Assembly: GCA_963817895.1 (NCBI GenBank)
Contig: CAWFQB010000005.1
Location: 736,001-800,000, forward strand
Direction of reading: 5' to 3'
Length of the DNA stretch: 64,000 bases
Source: an uncultured Chthonomonadaceae bacterium
GTDB taxonomy: Bacteria; Armatimonadota; Chthonomonadetes; Chthonomonadales; Chthonomonadaceae
The first letter of the stretch is position 1. Every line of letters begins with the position of its first letter. The translations under genes and the position numbers were made by a program. The notes beneath the pieces were generated by a model. The model was not told the origin of the DNA, did not search any database, and saw nothing but the letters and a program-made list of their open reading frames with translations. This document shows positions 20,633 through 30,874 of this stretch, piece by piece.

Positions 20633-22006
20633 TTACTCAATCTCCGCGCTTTTGCGGCGCAGCAGGAGACGGGCGGGCGCGTCGGCATTGGCGGGAAAGC
20701 GCAGGGTCAGTTTGCGCCATGCGGCCACGTTGACGAGGATGCCGTTTGTGCCGATAGGGTGAATGGCTCTGGCGTCGGAAGCGAATACCCAACTCTTCGC
20801 GGAACCGGACAGGCTGACCGCGAACTCGCCGCGCGGCAGGTATATCCAGAAATCGGCTTTGCCGTCACGAGAGGGCAGGGGACAGGCGTATGTGATGTCG
20901 GCTGCGCCTTGCAGCGAGGTTTCCACGCCCCGCAGAAAGTCGGGAGCCTGTGTGAACGTCCCCTGCGTTTTCGGGGCAGTGTAGGCAAGGGCGTTACGCA
21001 GGGCGTTTGTGCCGTTCACGCTGTCGGAATACAGGGCGAGTCCGGTATACAAATCCATTGCGAGCGCGTCCCGTTTCGCCAGCGCGCTTTCCTGTATCCC
21101 CTCCCGCGCAATGCGCTGCAAAAGGGGCGTATCCTGTTTCGCCACGTATTCGGCAATGTCGTCTGGTTTAGCGAACGGCACATCGTCCGCTTTGATTTTG
21201 CCCGCTGTTATCTCCTCGCTGATCCAGCGCAGAAACAGGCGTTCGCCCAGAACGCCATTCGCCCACTCTTCCGGCGCTTTGAAGCCCGACACTCCCGGCA
21301 AAACGTAATGGCCGTACTCGTGCGCCAGTTCGCGTACCCACTCCACGCCCCTCCGTTCCGCAAAGATGTTGAAAATGTAAATCTGGTTTTGGAACTGCTC
21401 GCCGCCCGCGTCCGGCGAACTGCTCGATAATGCCTGCCCACTCAGCCACACGTCTACGGTCTGATGAAACGGGTGGTCGGTATGCAGGCGAGTCGAATTG
21501 AGGCCGTACAGAAGCAGTAACAGGCGCGACGCGCGTTTCACGAGGGGCAGGCTGTCGGCTTCGGGCGCGTGAACCACAAATCGGCGGATATAATTGACAG
21601 GCTGACCGGTCGAAGCGGCGGCGGAAACTTCTCCAACATATACGAAACAGGCCGCGCGATACCGCTGCTTGTACTTTTCGTCCGTCGCCTGCTGTGGCCC
21701 ATGCGGGATGAGCAGCAGGCCGGGCGTGGGCGCGGCAACCACTTCCTTGTCCGCGTCCTGCCTGTCTATGGCCGACGGCAGCAGTTGCGCGGGCATCCCG
21801 TCGGCGCGGACACAGGAAGAAGCAAAGCAAACACATGCCAACAGGAAAGCCGTCAATAAAGCAGAAGCAAAAGGCTGCTGGAATTGAACAAGATAAGTCC
21901 AGAAAACTGATTTAAGTTGTGTCCGTAAAGCGCCAGGAAGGATTGTTGTCATGGGCATAGTATACCAAAAGCGAGGAATATTCGCCTGTAGAGCCAGGCA
22001 AGGCAA
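20633..22006 (-). CDS. Exported hypothetical protein with partial zincin-like motif (start uncertain, about 21952)
   Basis: Signal-like segment; ELAHEYGH (HExxH) followed by EEWANG. Confidence 0.55.
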   Translation of the reverse strand: MPCLALQANIPRFWYTMPMTTILPGALRTQLKSVFWTYLVQFQQPFASALLTAFLLACVCFASSCVRADGMPAQLLPSAIDRQDADKEVVAAPTPGLLLIPHGPQQATDEKYKQRYRAACFVYVGEVSAAASTGQPVNYIRRFVVHAPEADSLPLVKRASRLLLLLYGLNSTRLHTDHPFHQTVDVWLSGQALSSSSPDAGGEQFQNQIYIFNIFAERRGVEWVRELAHEYGHYVLPGVSGFKAPEEWANGVLGERLFLRWISEEITAGKIKADDVPFAKPDDIAEYVAKQDTPLLQRIAREGIQESALAKRDALAMDLYTGLALYSDSVNGTNALRNALAYTAPKTQGTFTQAPDFLRGVETSLQGAADITYACPLPSRDGKADFWIYLPRGEFAVSLSGSAKSWVFASDARAIHPIGTNGILVNVAAWRKLTLRFPANADAPARLLLRRKSAEIE

Positions 22007-22108
22007 AATAAAAAGTCACGAAAAATCTTCTTGTCTGATCTTTTTCAAAAGTCTCTTGGGACGCGACTTTCCTTTTGGGCACAGCCCGCTTTTACTAAGG
22101 AGTTCTTT

Positions 22109-22630
22109 ATGAACGCACGCATTTCGAAATGGTTTGCTCTCTCCGCGCTTCTGCTTGGTTCCCTGGCCTTGTCGCCGCGCGTCCAGGCGCAGGAGAGTAT
22201 CAGCGCATACCCCACATTCAGCAATGTCACCAATGGCACGGGCTATCTGGGGCACGAGATGGCTATCTACGATGCTCCGTTGGGTGGCGACACCCTCACG
22301 GCCACAGGGTCTATCGAATTGGCCTCTTGGTCTCTGGTAGGCACTGGCGTGACCAATCTGTACAATAACCAGAGCGAAACTTACTTTAACAGCAGCATCA
22401 CAGCGCCAAGCTACGGCGATGCGTCTGAATCTTCAATAGATCGTCCGCTCAGCGTACGTGATTGGACTATTGCCCATATCAACGCGGGCGCTGGCACGAA
22501 TTTGGCATCCGTGAGCAATCTCACGTCCGCGATGGTGTATTTGTACGTCGAGTCTCATTCGGGCATCGTCACCAATCTCTCTACGTCGCTGCATGTTATT
22601 GCGACGTACACTTCCAACCCTGATTACTAA
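22109..22630 (+). CDS. Secreted hypothetical protein
   Basis: AAGGAG RBS, then MNARISKWFALSALLLGSLALSPRVQA signal peptide. Confidence 0.65.
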   Translation: MNARISKWFALSALLLGSLALSPRVQAQESISAYPTFSNVTNGTGYLGHEMAIYDAPLGGDTLTATGSIELASWSLVGTGVTNLYNNQSETYFNSSITAPSYGDASESSIDRPLSVRDWTIAHINAGAGTNLASVSNLTSAMVYLYVESHSGIVTNLSTSLHVIATYTSNPDY

Positions 22631-22673
22631 AGCATTGCGCGCTTGTAAGCGCACAAGCAACAGTAGACTCGGC

Positions 22674-22713
22674 AAAAAATCAACCTCCACTTTTAAGAAG
22701 TGGGTTGATTTTT
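22674..22713. terminator. Bidirectional intrinsic terminator
   Basis: aaaaaatcaacctccactt-ttaag-aagtgggttgattttt between convergent genes. Confidence 0.65.
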
Positions 22714-22721
22714 GGTATTCC

Positions 22722-23309
22722 TTACGGTTTGATTTTGAAGCCTTGGGGAAGCGTTATTTTCGATTGTGGTGAAGGCGCAGCTTTAGAGGGCAGCGCGTGG
22801 TAGCGGATTACCGTGCCGATATCTGGGTATTTCCACACGGTCACAAACAAACTTCGATACACGTTGAGGGTGTCGCTCATGGCGACCGAAATTGTGAAGC
22901 GGGCTTCCAGACTGGTGAGTGGCAACGCGGTATTGCGCGTTACTTGCACCATCTGAGAGTGCCCCATCGACAAATTATTATCAACGATATACATTTCCAT
23001 CGCCGCCATGCCCCAGCTCTCCTGCAATTTAAGCATGGCCCTCTGCTTTTGATCGGGGGGGAGGCGCGGGCTGATGGTGTCGAACACAGGCACGCGCGCG
23101 GGCAGTTCCAGCATGATTTTCGAGCGCGGAGCCACCAGATGGCTGTTGATTTGCGCCATTATTTCGGGTGAGATAGGGTTTCCATTACCGTCCAGCGCTC
23201 TTCGCTGTGGCCCCTGTTTGGCCTGCAGATTGTGCATGCCGCCCGAAAGCAAACCTAAACTGAGAATGCCCATCAGGGCAATACGAGACTTCGTGTGTGA
23301 TGAGAACAT
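22722..23309 (-). CDS. Secreted hypothetical protein
   Basis: Signal peptide RIALMGILSLGLLSGG...LQA; GGGAG RBS. Confidence 0.55.
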   Translation of the reverse strand: MFSSHTKSRIALMGILSLGLLSGGMHNLQAKQGPQRRALDGNGNPISPEIMAQINSHLVAPRSKIMLELPARVPVFDTISPRLPPDQKQRAMLKLQESWGMAAMEMYIVDNNLSMGHSQMVQVTRNTALPLTSLEARFTISVAMSDTLNVYRSLFVTVWKYPDIGTVIRYHALPSKAAPSPQSKITLPQGFKIKP

Positions 23310-23491
23310 GTTTGTTGTTTTTCTCCCTGGTTCTTAGCGCCTGTCGCTGTATAGCGATGCGCCCTGTTATTATCGACGGAAAGTTTGTGCCTGTCAACTC
23401 CTTTTGCAGGAAGAAAAACACGCATAAAGTCTTTCGGCAACAAGATAGCCACGCCTGCCCAAAGTTAAGGGCAAAACTTGGCCATACATTG

Positions 23492-24026
23492 TCAGGGTTT
23501 GAATTCGTTGATCTCGTCGAGCGCGTCCCACATTAAATTCAGATCGGTGGTACGCAGGAAGTAACGGAAGGAGGGATATTCTGCCCGATACTTGCCGTAC
23601 ATGCTGCTGCCCGATTGTTTGGAATACAGCATGTTGGCGGCGCGATCTGCCAGTTTCACGAACGTGGCAAGTTCGTTCCCCATAATTTTCAGGTATGCGG
23701 TCAGAGCGCGTTCTTTGCGATTTCTGCCAAATCCACTCACCGCAAACACGGTGTCTGCCACGACAATCGCCGCGCTTTTACTGTATGGCTCTAACGCCCC
23801 CCACCAGATCACTGTGCGTGACGGTAGTGTCTTCCAGAACATCGTGTGTCCAGGCGGCGGCAAGCGCAATGTCGGCATCGGCATCCAAAACATGCAGGTA
23901 GCGGCTGGCAAAGTCTACCTGTGCCAGATGGACTTCGTAGGGTTTGCCATCGTAGTTGCAGTTTCGGGCGTTATGCTGCGCAATGGCAAAGTCGCGGGCG
24001 AGAGTGACAATGTTTTGCGGTTCCAT
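23492..24026 (-). CDS. HD-domain protein, RelA/SpoT hydrolase (small alarmone hydrolase)-like, frameshifted
   Basis: ARDFAIAQH...YDGKPYEVHL, AAAWTHDVLEDT (HDxxED) and VKLADRAAN across two ORFs. GAGGA RBS. Confidence 0.75.
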
Positions 24027-24204
24027 GTGTTTTTTATTCTCCTTTCTATATGTTCTTCCGCCCGCACAGGATGGGGGAGGACTGCCTGTGCGGGCAGAAG
24101 TCTGTGTGAAAATCAGATTAGTGGAACAGATGCACGATGAACATAACCAGGCCGATAGCTGCGCTCACCCCGACCCCGAAGGAAATCACCGCAACAGCGA
24201 TAAA

Positions 24205-25218
24205 TCAATGCGGCAGGCTGACGAAGGCGAAGAGAATGAGCAGGATTTGACCGGCGGCAACGAAAGTCATAAACTGCTGCGAGGCTTTGGTAAACGCCTC
24301 GTCTTCGAGAATGGAGACAAAGCGTTCGAGGCTATCGCCCATATTTCCTGCTGTTTCGCCGACAGCCAGCATATCAATGAGATAGCGGGGCAGCAGTTCG
24401 GTTTTTGCCAGGCTGTCGCTTAACGACCCTCCCTGCCGGGTTCGGCGGGCGGCTTGCCGCAAAGCGCGTTCGTAATGCGCGTTGAGCGCGCTGCGGGAAG
24501 AGACTTCCAGCGCGTAGGAAACGGCCACGCCGCTATTCCACAGAGTGGCAAACGAGCGGCCCCACCGCGCGGCAGCCAGATTGCGCGTCACTGTTCCCGC
24601 CTGCGGCAAGGCGAGTTTGATCGTATCCACCCACAAACGCAAAGCCTGCCAGCGAAACAGGAAGCGGCACAGCAACCGTCCTCCAATGTAATACGCCGTC
24701 AATGTTGCCAGAGAAACAAGCAGGCCGGAAAGCATAGCCGCCAGTGAATTGGACAGATGATACGCGGCCTGAAACAGCGACAATCCGACAATGACATACC
24801 AGGGGTTGAATATGGAGTGCGCGATTTTGCGGTCGAGCATTGCCGACTGCCCGAAGGCGTGTTCCAATCGCCGGGTTGCGCCCTCCAGCGTCCCCGCCAC
24901 TTCGCCCACTTCCAGCACCGGCAGAACAATTTCCGGCAGCCGATGTTTGTAGGGCGCAAGCGCAGCGGAAAACGGTACTCCCCGCTGTAGGGACGGAGCA
25001 ATTCGGGCGCATATCCATTTTAATTCCGGGTCGGAAACCAGCGCGGCGCGGCGCAGCGCCGCATCAATGGCGATACCGGATGCCAGCAGGGTCGCCGTCT
25101 GCCCGAAGAACGCGCCGAGCGTGGCTTTGGGAAGCGGATCGCCGAGCAGGGCGCGCAGCCGCCAGCCGAGCAGCGTTCCCATTCCCGGTTCTTTTATCGG
25201 TATCGCGGCGTCTATCAC
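24205..25218 (-). CDS. Type II secretion F / PilC-family platform protein
   Basis: Duplicated FFGQTATLLASGI...GEVAGTL and FATLWNSGV...GETAGNM T2SSF domains. Confidence 0.85.
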   Translation of the reverse strand: MIDAAIPIKEPGMGTLLGWRLRALLGDPLPKATLGAFFGQTATLLASGIAIDAALRRAALVSDPELKWICARIAPSLQRGVPFSAALAPYKHRLPEIVLPVLEVGEVAGTLEGATRRLEHAFGQSAMLDRKIAHSIFNPWYVIVGLSLFQAAYHLSNSLAAMLSGLLVSLATLTAYYIGGRLLCRFLFRWQALRLWVDTIKLALPQAGTVTRNLAAARWGRSFATLWNSGVAVSYALEVSSRSALNAHYERALRQAARRTRQGGSLSDSLAKTELLPRYLIDMLAVGETAGNMGDSLERFVSILEDEAFTKASQQFMTFVAAGQILLILFAFVSLPH

Positions 25219-25269
25219 GCGCTCTCCCTTCCAATCAGCAACAAGGTAAGTGTTGAAACTATTTTGGCT

Positions 25270-26889
25270 TCATTTCCATTGAAAGGCAGGAGCCGCGAAC
25301 AGCAGGGCGGTGGTTTCGGCCAACAGCGTCGGTTCGTTGACTCCCTCGCGGCGGGCGCGTTCGACGTGGGCGGCAATCTGTTTGCGGACGGGCATCAGTT
25401 CGGGCGCGTCGCATGGCCTGCCGTAAACGGTTTCCAGCAGCGTATCTGTAATAGTCGTGTCCGAGGATGCTTTGGCGGCGGTGAGCGGAGCCTGTAGGTC
25501 AATGCGCGTCCCGCCGATTTTGTTGGCGGTCAGGGCTAGAGCGTAGTTCCAGCGCGGCAGGAGAGCGCTGGCCCAGGCCGACGATTTTTCAGGAAACCCA
25601 TCCGGCATCGGCCAAAGATACAAAGGCTGTCCCATATCGCTCAGGAAGTTTTGAAGGTTTTTGCCGCCATCCGTATCGGCGGCAAGGGCGCGGAGTGAAC
25701 TGGCGACGTAATCTAAGGGGCGTTTCAAAATGGGCAGGCACTGTTCGGGATCGGTCAGGCCGTCCAGCAGAATGGGGCGCAGGGTGGCGCGAATGTCGCT
25801 TTTGCTGTTGAGATAGGCGGCGGCGGCCTGCGCCACAACCGAACCGGTGGCGTTGCCCAGGAAATGGCGGCACAATTTGCGGGCAATAAAATGCGCTGTC
25901 GTGGGGTGCATCGCCAGCCGTTCCAGAACCAGTTGCGCGTCCCGTTCGCCGCCTTTGGGCGCAATCGTCAGGTTCAGGAACGGGATGTATTTCGCGTCCT
26001 CGTCGTGTCGGCCCGCCTCGTACTCGAACGCGCTATACGGTTTGTTCATGTTGGCAAGCGACAGTTTCACCCACCCCTGATGCACTGTCCAGCCCGTGAA
26101 GCAGCGAGCCACTTCCTGAATGTCGCGCTGCGTGTAGCCGCTTTTTACGCCTAATGTGTGCAGTTCCAGCAGTTCGCGGGCGTAGTTCTCATTGGCGTTT
26201 TCACTGCCGTTTTTGCGTCGGTTCTGGTTATTATCCAGATAGCCGAGCATGGCGGGGCTGTGCGCGGAAGCCGTTAGCAGTTCCCGAAATGTGCCAAGCA
26301 CATGCGGGCGAATGACGTGTTCGGTATCGGTGGGAAGCAGGGAGCGTCCATCGTTTTTCAGCGCGTAGATGTTGAAGTGGTTGGTCCAGAAGTCGGCAAG
26401 CATTTCGCGCAGTTGGTGGCGGCTGTAAACGGCGCGGAGCAGGGCGGCCTGCGCCGTCTGCGTCAGCACTTCGCCGTCATCATAACTCGCCAGCACATCG
26501 GGCGAGTCTCGCTCGATCTGCTGCGTGTCCAATCCCCCGACGCGCCATGTTACGGCAGGGTCTTCGTCCATGCGGTCAGCCAGTTGCTCTTCGATATAGG
26601 CTTTCTCGCCAATCTCCGCGACGCGCGCCACATCGCCGGGACGCGGGCCAAACGCGACACGATTGAGAACATGCGCGGCGCGGGTGACGGCAGGCGCGTC
26701 GTGGGGCAAAGCCGTCCACTGCGCGGGGGCAGGCCCGGTAAGCCGTTTCGCCTGATCGCGCATGTCCTTGCAGCCCGCCCCGCCAAGCAGAAGCATAGCC
26801 GCGCCCGCGCCTGTCGCCGCCCCGCGCTCTAAAAACGCGCGGCGGTCAATGTTTTCTGATGAAGGTTTGCCTTGTACTGAATCAGACAT
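25270..26889 (-). CDS. DUF1800 family protein, Tat-exported (possibly a lipoprotein)
   Basis: DRRAFL Tat motif; HVLNRVAFGP, FWTNHFN, NENYARELLELHTLG and ARCFTGW. Confidence 0.9.
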   Translation of the reverse strand: MSDSVQGKPSSENIDRRAFLERGAATGAGAAMLLLGGAGCKDMRDQAKRLTGPAPAQWTALPHDAPAVTRAAHVLNRVAFGPRPGDVARVAEIGEKAYIEEQLADRMDEDPAVTWRVGGLDTQQIERDSPDVLASYDDGEVLTQTAQAALLRAVYSRHQLREMLADFWTNHFNIYALKNDGRSLLPTDTEHVIRPHVLGTFRELLTASAHSPAMLGYLDNNQNRRKNGSENANENYARELLELHTLGVKSGYTQRDIQEVARCFTGWTVHQGWVKLSLANMNKPYSAFEYEAGRHDEDAKYIPFLNLTIAPKGGERDAQLVLERLAMHPTTAHFIARKLCRHFLGNATGSVVAQAAAAYLNSKSDIRATLRPILLDGLTDPEQCLPILKRPLDYVASSLRALAADTDGGKNLQNFLSDMGQPLYLWPMPDGFPEKSSAWASALLPRWNYALALTANKIGGTRIDLQAPLTAAKASSDTTITDTLLETVYGRPCDAPELMPVRKQIAAHVERARREGVNEPTLLAETTALLFAAPAFQWK

Positions 26890-26931
26890 ATATTATTTCT
26901 CACTTTACACTTGCGCAAGTATCCTGGTCAG

Positions 26932-27558
26932 TTAGCATGCGGTTTTCCTGACGGGCTGGATTGGGGCTGCGCCGGGTTGTAGGTAGGACGCGGGCGTTTC
27001 CTGCATCGGCGACGCCATGGTGGGCATCAGGGTTGCGCCGGCGAACGCGGGCTGCGTCTGCCAGCCGAGCGAAACGGGCTGGATACGCGGCGCGCGCATG
27101 GCGCGAACGCCCGCGCCCAGCGCGCAGACAATAGAGATGGGAGCCAGCACGAACCAGCCGATGTACGGAAAGAACACGGCCACGCTGTACGCGATGCTGC
27201 CGCGCACCAGAGCGCCAAAGGTAGTTTTCGCGCCCGACATTTCGCTGATGCGCTTGCCCATCAGCCCCGCCATGCCCGCGCCGCCAACCGTTACGATGCC
27301 GCTAATGGCCGTTACAACCGCGAACCCGATCAACTTCAGCGGCGGAACGGGAAGGTTGAGCAAAACGATTCCAAATACAAACGCCAGAAGCGACAGCAGG
27401 CCGACAAACAGGCAGCGTTTGGGCGACTGTTCCAGCTCGGCTTCCGCCCGTTGCGCGTGGGCGGGCAGCAAAATCGCGACTGAGGTGAGCAGGCCGGTCA
27501 AAGAGATCATCAGGGCAACGAACAGAGCGACGGTTGCCTGTACTTGAGCCAGTGACAT
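26932..27558 (-). CDS. Integral membrane hypothetical protein
   Basis: About 5 hydrophobic helices; ends just before the DUF1800 gene. Confidence 0.65.
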   Translation of the reverse strand: MSLAQVQATVALFVALMISLTGLLTSVAILLPAHAQRAEAELEQSPKRCLFVGLLSLLAFVFGIVLLNLPVPPLKLIGFAVVTAISGIVTVGGAGMAGLMGKRISEMSGAKTTFGALVRGSIAYSVAVFFPYIGWFVLAPISIVCALGAGVRAMRAPRIQPVSLGWQTQPAFAGATLMPTMASPMQETPASYLQPGAAPIQPVRKTAC

Positions 27559-27707
27559 TTTTGTGAAACCTTTCTGACCTACGCCAACAAGCGCGCAGGT
27601 AAAGTTTGTATACCTGATACTACTCTAACGGCGTAAAGCGCGTTTCGCAAGTTTGATGGACGCGCTTCACAACATTAATTGGAAATTCACTACCGGACAC
27701 ATTCTTG

Positions 27708-27840
27708 CCAGGGGTTGAAAACCCCTGTCTACATGGCCTGCGGCCAAGCGTCCTTCGGACGCAAATGCTTGTTTTGCAGTGAATCGCGTCCGAAGGACGC
27801 TTGGCGGAACGCCACTCAGACGGGTATTTTCAATACCCGG
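27708..27840. repeat. REPIN-like four-hairpin element
   Basis: ccaggggttgaaaacccctg...gcgtccttcggacgc...gcgtccgaaggacgc...cgggtattttcaatacccgg; approximately the reverse complement of 56696-56844. Confidence 0.85.
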
Positions 27841-27948
27841 CAACATAGGTTCGGTAGTGAAATTGGAAAAAGGAACAAAATTATTCCCTGAATCTTCCTG
27901 TAACTACATCTTTCGGGAAACTCCCGCGCTATTCCCATTCGTTATTCA

Positions 27949-27978
27949 TTTGAATTCAAACTAATTGAGTTCAAACTA
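27949..27978. promoter_or_regulatory. Putative tandem MarR operator
   Basis: Palindrome TTTGAATTCAAA plus a second copy ATTGAGTTCAAA 15 bp later, just upstream of the MarR start. Confidence 0.6.
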
Positions 27979-27994
27979 AACAGGCGATTAAGCT

Positions 27995-28470
27995 ATGAAG
28001 CCGGAATTTGAGAAACCACAGGCAGGTGACGCGGCGACACAGCAGGCTTTGCATCTGTTCGTTGTTCTGATGCGTTGCTGTAGCAGCGTCACGGAACAAA
28101 CGCGGCAGGATATTACGCGTACGGCCTGAGCGTCAGCGAGTTCGCGGTATTGGAACTGCTGTACCACAAAGGGCCGACGCTGCTTGGCGCGGTTGCCGAA
28201 CGCGTTCTGCTGACAAGCGGCAGCATGACCTATGTGATTGACCAACTGGAAAAGCAGGGGTTGGTACAGCGGGTTGCCTGTCCCAAAGACCGGCGGCGCA
28301 TGTACGCCGACCTGACTGAAGCCGGCAGAGCCAAAATCGCCGCTATCTTTCCCGGCCACGCCGAGCGTATCCGGCAAGTCATGGCCGCTCTGTCACCGCA
28401 GGAACAGGAACAGGCCACGCAACTGTTAAAACAGCTTGGCCTCGCGCAGAAAAGTGAGAGTGGAGAGTGA
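27995..28470 (+). CDS. MarR family regulator (MhqR-like), frameshift near 28120
   Basis: ALHLFVVLMR in one frame; GLSVSEFAVLELLYHKG...LLTSGSMTYVIDQLEKQGLVQR..CPKDRR in the next. Confidence 0.85.
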
Positions 28471-28534
28471 GAGTGAGAGAACAACATCTACTCTCACTCT
28501 CACTCTCCACTCTCACTTCTGAAAGGAATTTGAA

Positions 28535-29142
28535 ATGGCAGACAACGTGAAGGTTCTCATTGTATTTTATTCGCGCAACGGCAGCACGGCGGCATTGGCC
28601 GAAGGCATTGCGGAGGGCGCGCGGAGCGAGGGCGTACAGGTGGAATTGCGCCGCGTGGATGAGTTTTTGTCGGACGACATCATCAATGGCGTCCCCGGCT
28701 GGCAGGAGAGCCGGGAAAAACTGAAAGCGAAATACGCCGCGCCCACGATTGAGGACGCTGAAACAGCGGACGCCATCATTTTTGGTTCGCCCACGCGCTT
28801 CGGCAACGTGTCGGCGGAACTGAAAAGCTATGTTGACTCGCTGGGCGGATTGTGGATGCGCGGCGTTTTGAACGGCAAGGTGGGCAGCGCGTTCACGTCC
28901 ACATCCACGCCTGCACGGCGGCAACGAAAGCACCAACATCACCATGTACAACTTCATGGCGCATCTCGGCCTGATTATCGTGCCGCTCGGCTACAGCGAC
29001 CCGGCTCTGTTTGTGGCGGGTACGCCCTACGGAGCCAGCACGGTATCCGGCCAGACCAACGCCCCTCCCACCGAAGAAGACCTCGCCGTCGCCCGCCATC
29101 AGGGTAAGCGCGTCGCGCAGGTGGCGAAGAAAGCTGAAATAG
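28535..29142 (+). CDS. wrbA: NAD(P)H:quinone oxidoreductase WrbA (frameshifted)
   Basis: FYSRNGST, IIFGSPTRFGN, LNGKVGSAFTST, GTPYGAS and ARHQGKRV. Confidence 0.88.
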
Positions 29143-29220
29143 GTCTAAAGCCTCATGCGGAAACTAGCCTCCCCGAACTACACTGATTTGTATCAGCGTG
29201 GATTTGAGGGAGGCTTTGTT

Positions 29221-29961
29221 ATGAAACATTTTGTGTCGTTTATGTGGGCAATCGCGCTGCTGGCGATTGGGGCCGCGCTCGGGTTGAGCGGGTGGCTTGG
29301 TTCGCTTGTGCAGACCAGTTTGCAAACGCATCTGCTGGATTGGGTAATGGGCGGATTGTGCCTGATCTGGCTGCTGATAATCCTGATTGTGCCGTGGGAC
29401 TTGTATTTTCAGGCGCAGGAGGCGTTTTTCGAGATACAGCGGGCGGGAGAACTGAACATTGCCACGCCCCCCGGACGCGCCGAATACGTTCACATCCTGC
29501 GCGGGCGATTGCTGTGGCTGGCATTGGGGGCGCATCTGCTTTCCGCCGGGTTTGTGGCCGCGCTCGCCTTCTGGACACATGGGCGCATCGGCTACTATTT
29601 CGCCGTGTTTTATCTGGTTTCCACCGTGTTCCGACCGGCGATTGCGGGCTATGTGTATCTGTCGCGCAAATTGAAGGCCATTCGGCAGGAGGCGCATTAT
29701 CCGCGCGAAGACGTGATGGAACTGCGCGAACGATTGCGCGTTCAGGAACAGGATACGCTGAATCTGAAAGCGCAAACGGAGCGGCAGTCCGAGAGTTTGA
29801 AGCGGGAAGTGGAACAGCGCGAAGCGGAAACCCGCGAACTGCGGCAGCGGATGCAGGCTATAGGGCGCGAGTTTGAAAGCACCGTCAGCCGCCTGACGGA
29901 CAATCAGGAGGTCATCAAGGGGATACAGGCGTTCGTTCGGTTGATTGCGCAGTCTACATAG
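29221..29961 (+). CDS. Membrane protein with C-terminal coiled coil
   Basis: About 4 TM segments, then an E/Q/R-rich heptad region; GGAGG RBS. Confidence 0.7.
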   Translation: MKHFVSFMWAIALLAIGAALGLSGWLGSLVQTSLQTHLLDWVMGGLCLIWLLIILIVPWDLYFQAQEAFFEIQRAGELNIATPPGRAEYVHILRGRLLWLALGAHLLSAGFVAALAFWTHGRIGYYFAVFYLVSTVFRPAIAGYVYLSRKLKAIRQEAHYPREDVMELRERLRVQEQDTLNLKAQTERQSESLKREVEQREAETRELRQRMQAIGREFESTVSRLTDNQEVIKGIQAFVRLIAQST

Positions 29962-30017
29962 AGGCAGAGGAGTTTAGCCGCGAATGAACGCGAATGAACG
30001 CGAATAATCTGTGAAGA

Positions 30018-30049
30018 AGCCGCCTTCTTCAGAAATGAAGAAGGCGGCT
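30018..30049. terminator. Hairpin between convergent genes
   Basis: agccgccttcttca-gaaa-tgaagaaggcggct. Confidence 0.65.
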
Positions 30050-30085
30050 GTATGTGGGCGCGTGATTGCAGAATTCAGCAAACGA

Positions 30086-30736
30086 TTACCGCTTGCGATG
30101 GCGACGGAGCGCGAACACGGAACCGGAACAGATGCCGCCGAACAGCAGCGCGAGCGACCCCGGTTCTGGAACCGTAACGATGAGCGGAAAGATGTTCACG
30201 GGCGGAGTGGAAGAACTTATGTCCACGCTGACAATGCCGTTATTGCCGCTCGGATCGGAGGTGGGAAGGTAATTATTGCCATTGGCATCCAGAATGCAAA
30301 TCAGGAAGTTGTCGGGAGTGCCGCTCGCGTCCAGATTGGTCGAAGATTGCACGTCGAATTGCAGCGAACTGCCTGCCGTGAACCCCTGCGCAATATCCGT
30401 CACGTTGACAGTAACATCATCTTTCAACGTGAATCCAGTGGCAATGGTTCCGGTCGCGTCGCCCATGGTGGGCGGGAGAATAGCGCCTGCCGTGCCGCCG
30501 CCAAGATTGAAGTTGTTGACGTTAAGGGTATTGTTGCCGTCTGCGGGCAGACTATTGCCGACCTGTCCATCGCTGAGAGAGATTTCAATGTTGAAGAGGC
30601 CGCCGATAAGACTCGACGTATCCACATTGACGTGAAAATTAATTTGAGCCGAAGCCGATGCGTTCAGTCCGAAAAGCCCAAGCCCGATAAGGGCGGGCAA
30701 AATCAGGCTTTTGAGATTTTGTAAATAGGATTTCAT
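30086..30736 (-). CDS. PEP-CTERM sorting-signal protein (NF038129-like)
   Basis: Signal peptide; F.V.VDTSSL...L.FDV....PDNF; C-terminal VPEPGSLALL-TM-RRHRKR. Confidence 0.88.
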   Translation of the reverse strand: MKSYLQNLKSLILPALIGLGLFGLNASASAQINFHVNVDTSSLIGGLFNIEISLSDGQVGNSLPADGNNTLNVNNFNLGGGTAGAILPPTMGDATGTIATGFTLKDDVTVNVTDIAQGFTAGSSLQFDVQSSTNLDASGTPDNFLICILDANGNNYLPTSDPSGNNGIVSVDISSSTPPVNIFPLIVTVPEPGSLALLFGGICSGSVFALRRHRKR

Positions 30737-30874
30737 TAAAAGCGCGTGTCCTTTCCTGACAGTATAGCGTTGTGTAGAGCATTACAGCGAGATAGTATAG
30801 CTGATGTGGAGGAAACATTCCAGAAATGCCGGTCTGTTTCCTCCTGCTATTTTGGCGTGTTTTCTGCCGCTATA

